Shown here piece after piece: positions 61,833 through 64,000 of a DNA stretch of 64,000 nt. This DNA comes from Nitrospirota bacterium (lineage in GTDB: Bacteria > Nitrospirota > UBA9217). Numbering within the stretch: position 1 is the first letter of the stretch; every line of letters begins with the position of its first letter. The notes below the pieces were generated by a model. That model saw only the letters and a program-made list of their open reading frames with translations. It did not search any database and had not been told where the DNA came from. The stretch is from the NCBI GenBank assembly GCA_963740085.1, contig CAVUCU010000007.1:192001-256000 (forward strand). The letters are read 5' to 3'. The translations under genes and the position numbers were made by a program.

Positions 61833-62624
61833 TCAGCCGACCGCCTGTCGTCCATCAAAAAACTCATATCCGATCATGCTGAGCGCGGCAATGGCCGCGG
61901 TCTCGGTGCGGAGGATATTCGATCCCAGGCTCACGAGATGGAACCCTTTTCCATGAGCCGTCTCCGCCTCCTGCGCGGAAAAACCGCCTTCGGGGCCGAT
62001 AAGCACGATGATGCGCGTCACCCCGGACACCTGTTGGAGAACATTCTTGAGTGAAATGGTCGCTTCTTCCCAGGGGAGGAGAAAGAGCGTTCGGGGTTCA
62101 GGGGGAGGAGAACCGGGGGCACGGGCCAAGGGTCCAGGGTCCGGGGAGAAGACAAAATCCCGGAAGGTCCGGATCTGTTCGATACGCGGGATATCCGGCC
62201 TGTTGCTCTGCATGGCGGCCTCGCGGCAGATCTTCTGCCACCGCGAAACACGTTTCTCTTCGTCCCTGATCTTTACGATGGTCCGTTCGGTCACGAGCGG
62301 GACGATCGTTGCGACGGCGAGTTCCGTGGCCTTTTGCACGATCCAGTCCATTTTGTCGGACTTGGGCAGACCCTGGCCGAGGGTGACGAGGGGATAACGG
62401 ATCTCCCGCTTCGTTCGGGCCGTCACCTCGGTTGTGATCTCGGCTTTATTGACCTGCGTGATCTTGACAGAGTACTCGGCGCCTTTGCCGTCGCACAGCA
62501 GGAGTTCATCGCCTGTCTTCATGCGAAGGACCGTCGCGATATGACGCACGTCCTCGCCGGAGATGGTGATGCTCGTGCCAATGATCTGGTCGGGGGATAT
62601 GAAAAAACGCGGGGGTCTGGGCAT
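61833..62624 (-). CDS. rsmE: 16S rRNA m3U1498 methyltransferase
   Basis: [27 protein letters not shown]. Confidence 0.95.
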   Translation of the reverse strand: MPRPPRFFISPDQIIGTSITISGEDVRHIATVLRMKTGDELLLCDGKGAEYSVKITQVNKAEITTEVTARTKREIRYPLVTLGQGLPKSDKMDWIVQKATELAVATIVPLVTERTIVKIRDEEKRVSRWQKICREAAMQSNRPDIPRIEQIRTFRDFVFSPDPGPLARAPGSPPPEPRTLFLLPWEEATISLKNVLQQVSGVTRIIVLIGPEGGFSAQEAETAHGKGFHLVSLGSNILRTETAAIAALSMIGYEFFDGRQAVG

Positions 62625-62786
62625 ATGTTTTGTAGACTCTGAAAACCAGTTTTACCGCTAAGGCGCGAAGAGCGCAAAGGAATGCTTGGAAATTAAGATT
62701 CCAGGTCTTAAAGAAGAAAAGATGACAGCTTTTTGCGTTTTAAACTTTGCGGACTTCGCGCCTTAGCAGTCACAAGTCTTTCAGCC

Positions 62787-64000
62787 TTATTTCCCCGGCT
62801 TCGGCGTTTCGGTCCGTGGCTTGCCGCCCCTTCTCCGCCTGCGCCGCGTTGGCCTCGCTTTTCGCTTTGCGCTTTCCTGTATTTCCTTTTCCTCGCCGGG
62901 CGCGAGCGGATGCTCCTTGATAAATTTCTTCCACCAGACGCGAAGCTCCTGTTTCTCGCCCGTGGTCTCGCTCGTGAAACGCAGATACTCGAAGGCGTCG
63001 GCAAACCCGGGTCGCCGCAGGAAATAACGGGGGTATTTCCCCTCCCGCTTTTCAAAGCGATTCTGGTCCCAGTAGATATCGCGCATCGACAACCCGACTT
63101 TCCTGGGGATCTGCACCCGTTGAGTCTGTTCCAGCATGACCTCGGTCACTGCCCTCGTCATTGCATCAAGTGCAGGCACCCCCTGTTTTCCCAGCTCAAC
63201 GGCTTTTCCCGTGATCAACTGTCCGAACATGAGCGCGAACAGCATGTGCGGCGGGACCTGCCTGCCCGCCTGTACGCAGCCGTCCACCCACTCGAACGCC
63301 TTGCCGATCCAGATGTGCGGGAAGCCGTCGGACTCCGTGTCCACCCACTCGTTCAGGCGCGGGAAGATCACGTCGAAGAGACCCGTCTTCCTGAGAAGCT
63401 GATAGGTCTTCTCGCCCTCACCGAGCAAAAAGAGCTTGAGGACCTCTTCGTACATCCGGGACGGAGAGGCAAGCGCCACGTGGTCTTTAAGCTCCAGCAT
63501 GGCGCGATAGGTCTTCTGTTCGATCTCGAACCCGAGCAGGGCCGCGAACCGCACGGCGCGGACCATGCGCACGGGGTCCTCGGTGAACCGTACCAGGGGA
63601 TCGCCGATGATGCGGATGAGCCCGCGTTCGAGGTCCTGCATCCCGCCAACGTAGTCGATAACGGAGAAGTCGGCAATACTGTAAAACAGCGCGTTCACGG
63701 TAAAGTCACGCCTGAGCGCGTCTTCTTCAGGCGTACCGAAGACATTGTCCCTGAGGATCATACCGCCCTCGGTCTTGAGCATGCGCGGCGGCTTGGGCCT
63801 GGCCGGCGCCTTCGCCGGGGTCGCGGGAGTTGAAGGCGCCTCGCCCGCCACCACTCCGGGGGAAGCAACGGCTTCCTGCGCATGCTGCTCCGTCGGTTGC
63901 GGTGGCAGTTGTTCAGCGACAGGGGCGGCATCCACTGCCTCCGGTTCATCGGACACCATCGACCGGAACGTCGCTACCTCGATGATCTCGTCATGAAAAT
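62787..64000 (-). CDS. pcnB: Poly(A) polymerase I (5' end outside window)
   Basis: EIIEVATFR, RDNVFGTPEEDALRRDFTVNAL, EDPVRMVRAVRF, Arg-rich C-terminus. Confidence 0.9.
   Translation of the reverse strand, partial: FHDEIIEVATFRSMVSDEPEAVDAAPVAEQLPPQPTEQHAQEAVASPGVVAGEAPSTPATPAKAPARPKPPRMLKTEGGMILRDNVFGTPEEDALRRDFTVNALFYSIADFSVIDYVGGMQDLERGLIRIIGDPLVRFTEDPVRMVRAVRFAALLGFEIEQKTYRAMLELKDHVALASPSRMYEEVLKLFLLGEGEKTYQLLRKTGLFDVIFPRLNEWVDTESDGFPHIWIGKAFEWVDGCVQAGRQVPPHMLFALMFGQLITGKAVELGKQGVPALDAMTRAVTEVMLEQTQRVQIPRKVGLSMRDIYWDQNRFEKREGKYPRYFLRRPGFADAFEYLRFTSETTGEKQELRVWWKKFIKEHPLAPGEEKEIQESAKRKARPTRRRRRRGGKPRTETPKPGK

Overview
GC-rich bacterial chromosome segment, probably from an anaerobic or microaerophilic diderm such as Nitrospirota or a deltaproteobacterium-like lineage (inference from gene content). 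The left half (1-27.2 kb) is a nitrogen super-cluster. It holds ntrB/ntrC, three ammonium transporters, six P-II family genes, an outer-membrane porin and a complete Mo-nitrogenase set (nifH, D, K, tauE-like gene, fused nifEN, nifX, nifI1, nifI2, fdx, nifB, hesA, nifV). Five sigma-54 promoters drive these genes, and a PerR/Fur-box oxidative-stress operon is embedded in the cluster. The right half holds an omptin-like OMP, a full type II secretion operon (gspC-N), a multiheme cytochrome c, radA, folA, signalling genes, an IS110 element, a toxin-antitoxin pair and housekeeping genes (smpB, priA, nrdR, glyA, rpiB, rsmE, pcnB). Three signals stand out. (1) The multiheme cytochrome is one reading frame interrupted by an in-frame UGA followed by a SECIS-like hairpin, so it is a probable selenoprotein. 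(2) A 42-nt structured element with a covarying stem sits at the same position in the 5' leaders of nifH and of the porin-amt operon, a candidate new nitrogen-regulatory RNA. (3) The IS110 element carries a two-loop bridge-RNA-like sequence, apparently antisense to the recombinase, whose second loop matches both element ends. Several genes (nifD, third amt, one P-II, the cytochrome N-terminus, a sensor kinase) contain single-base insertions that look like sequencing or assembly errors.
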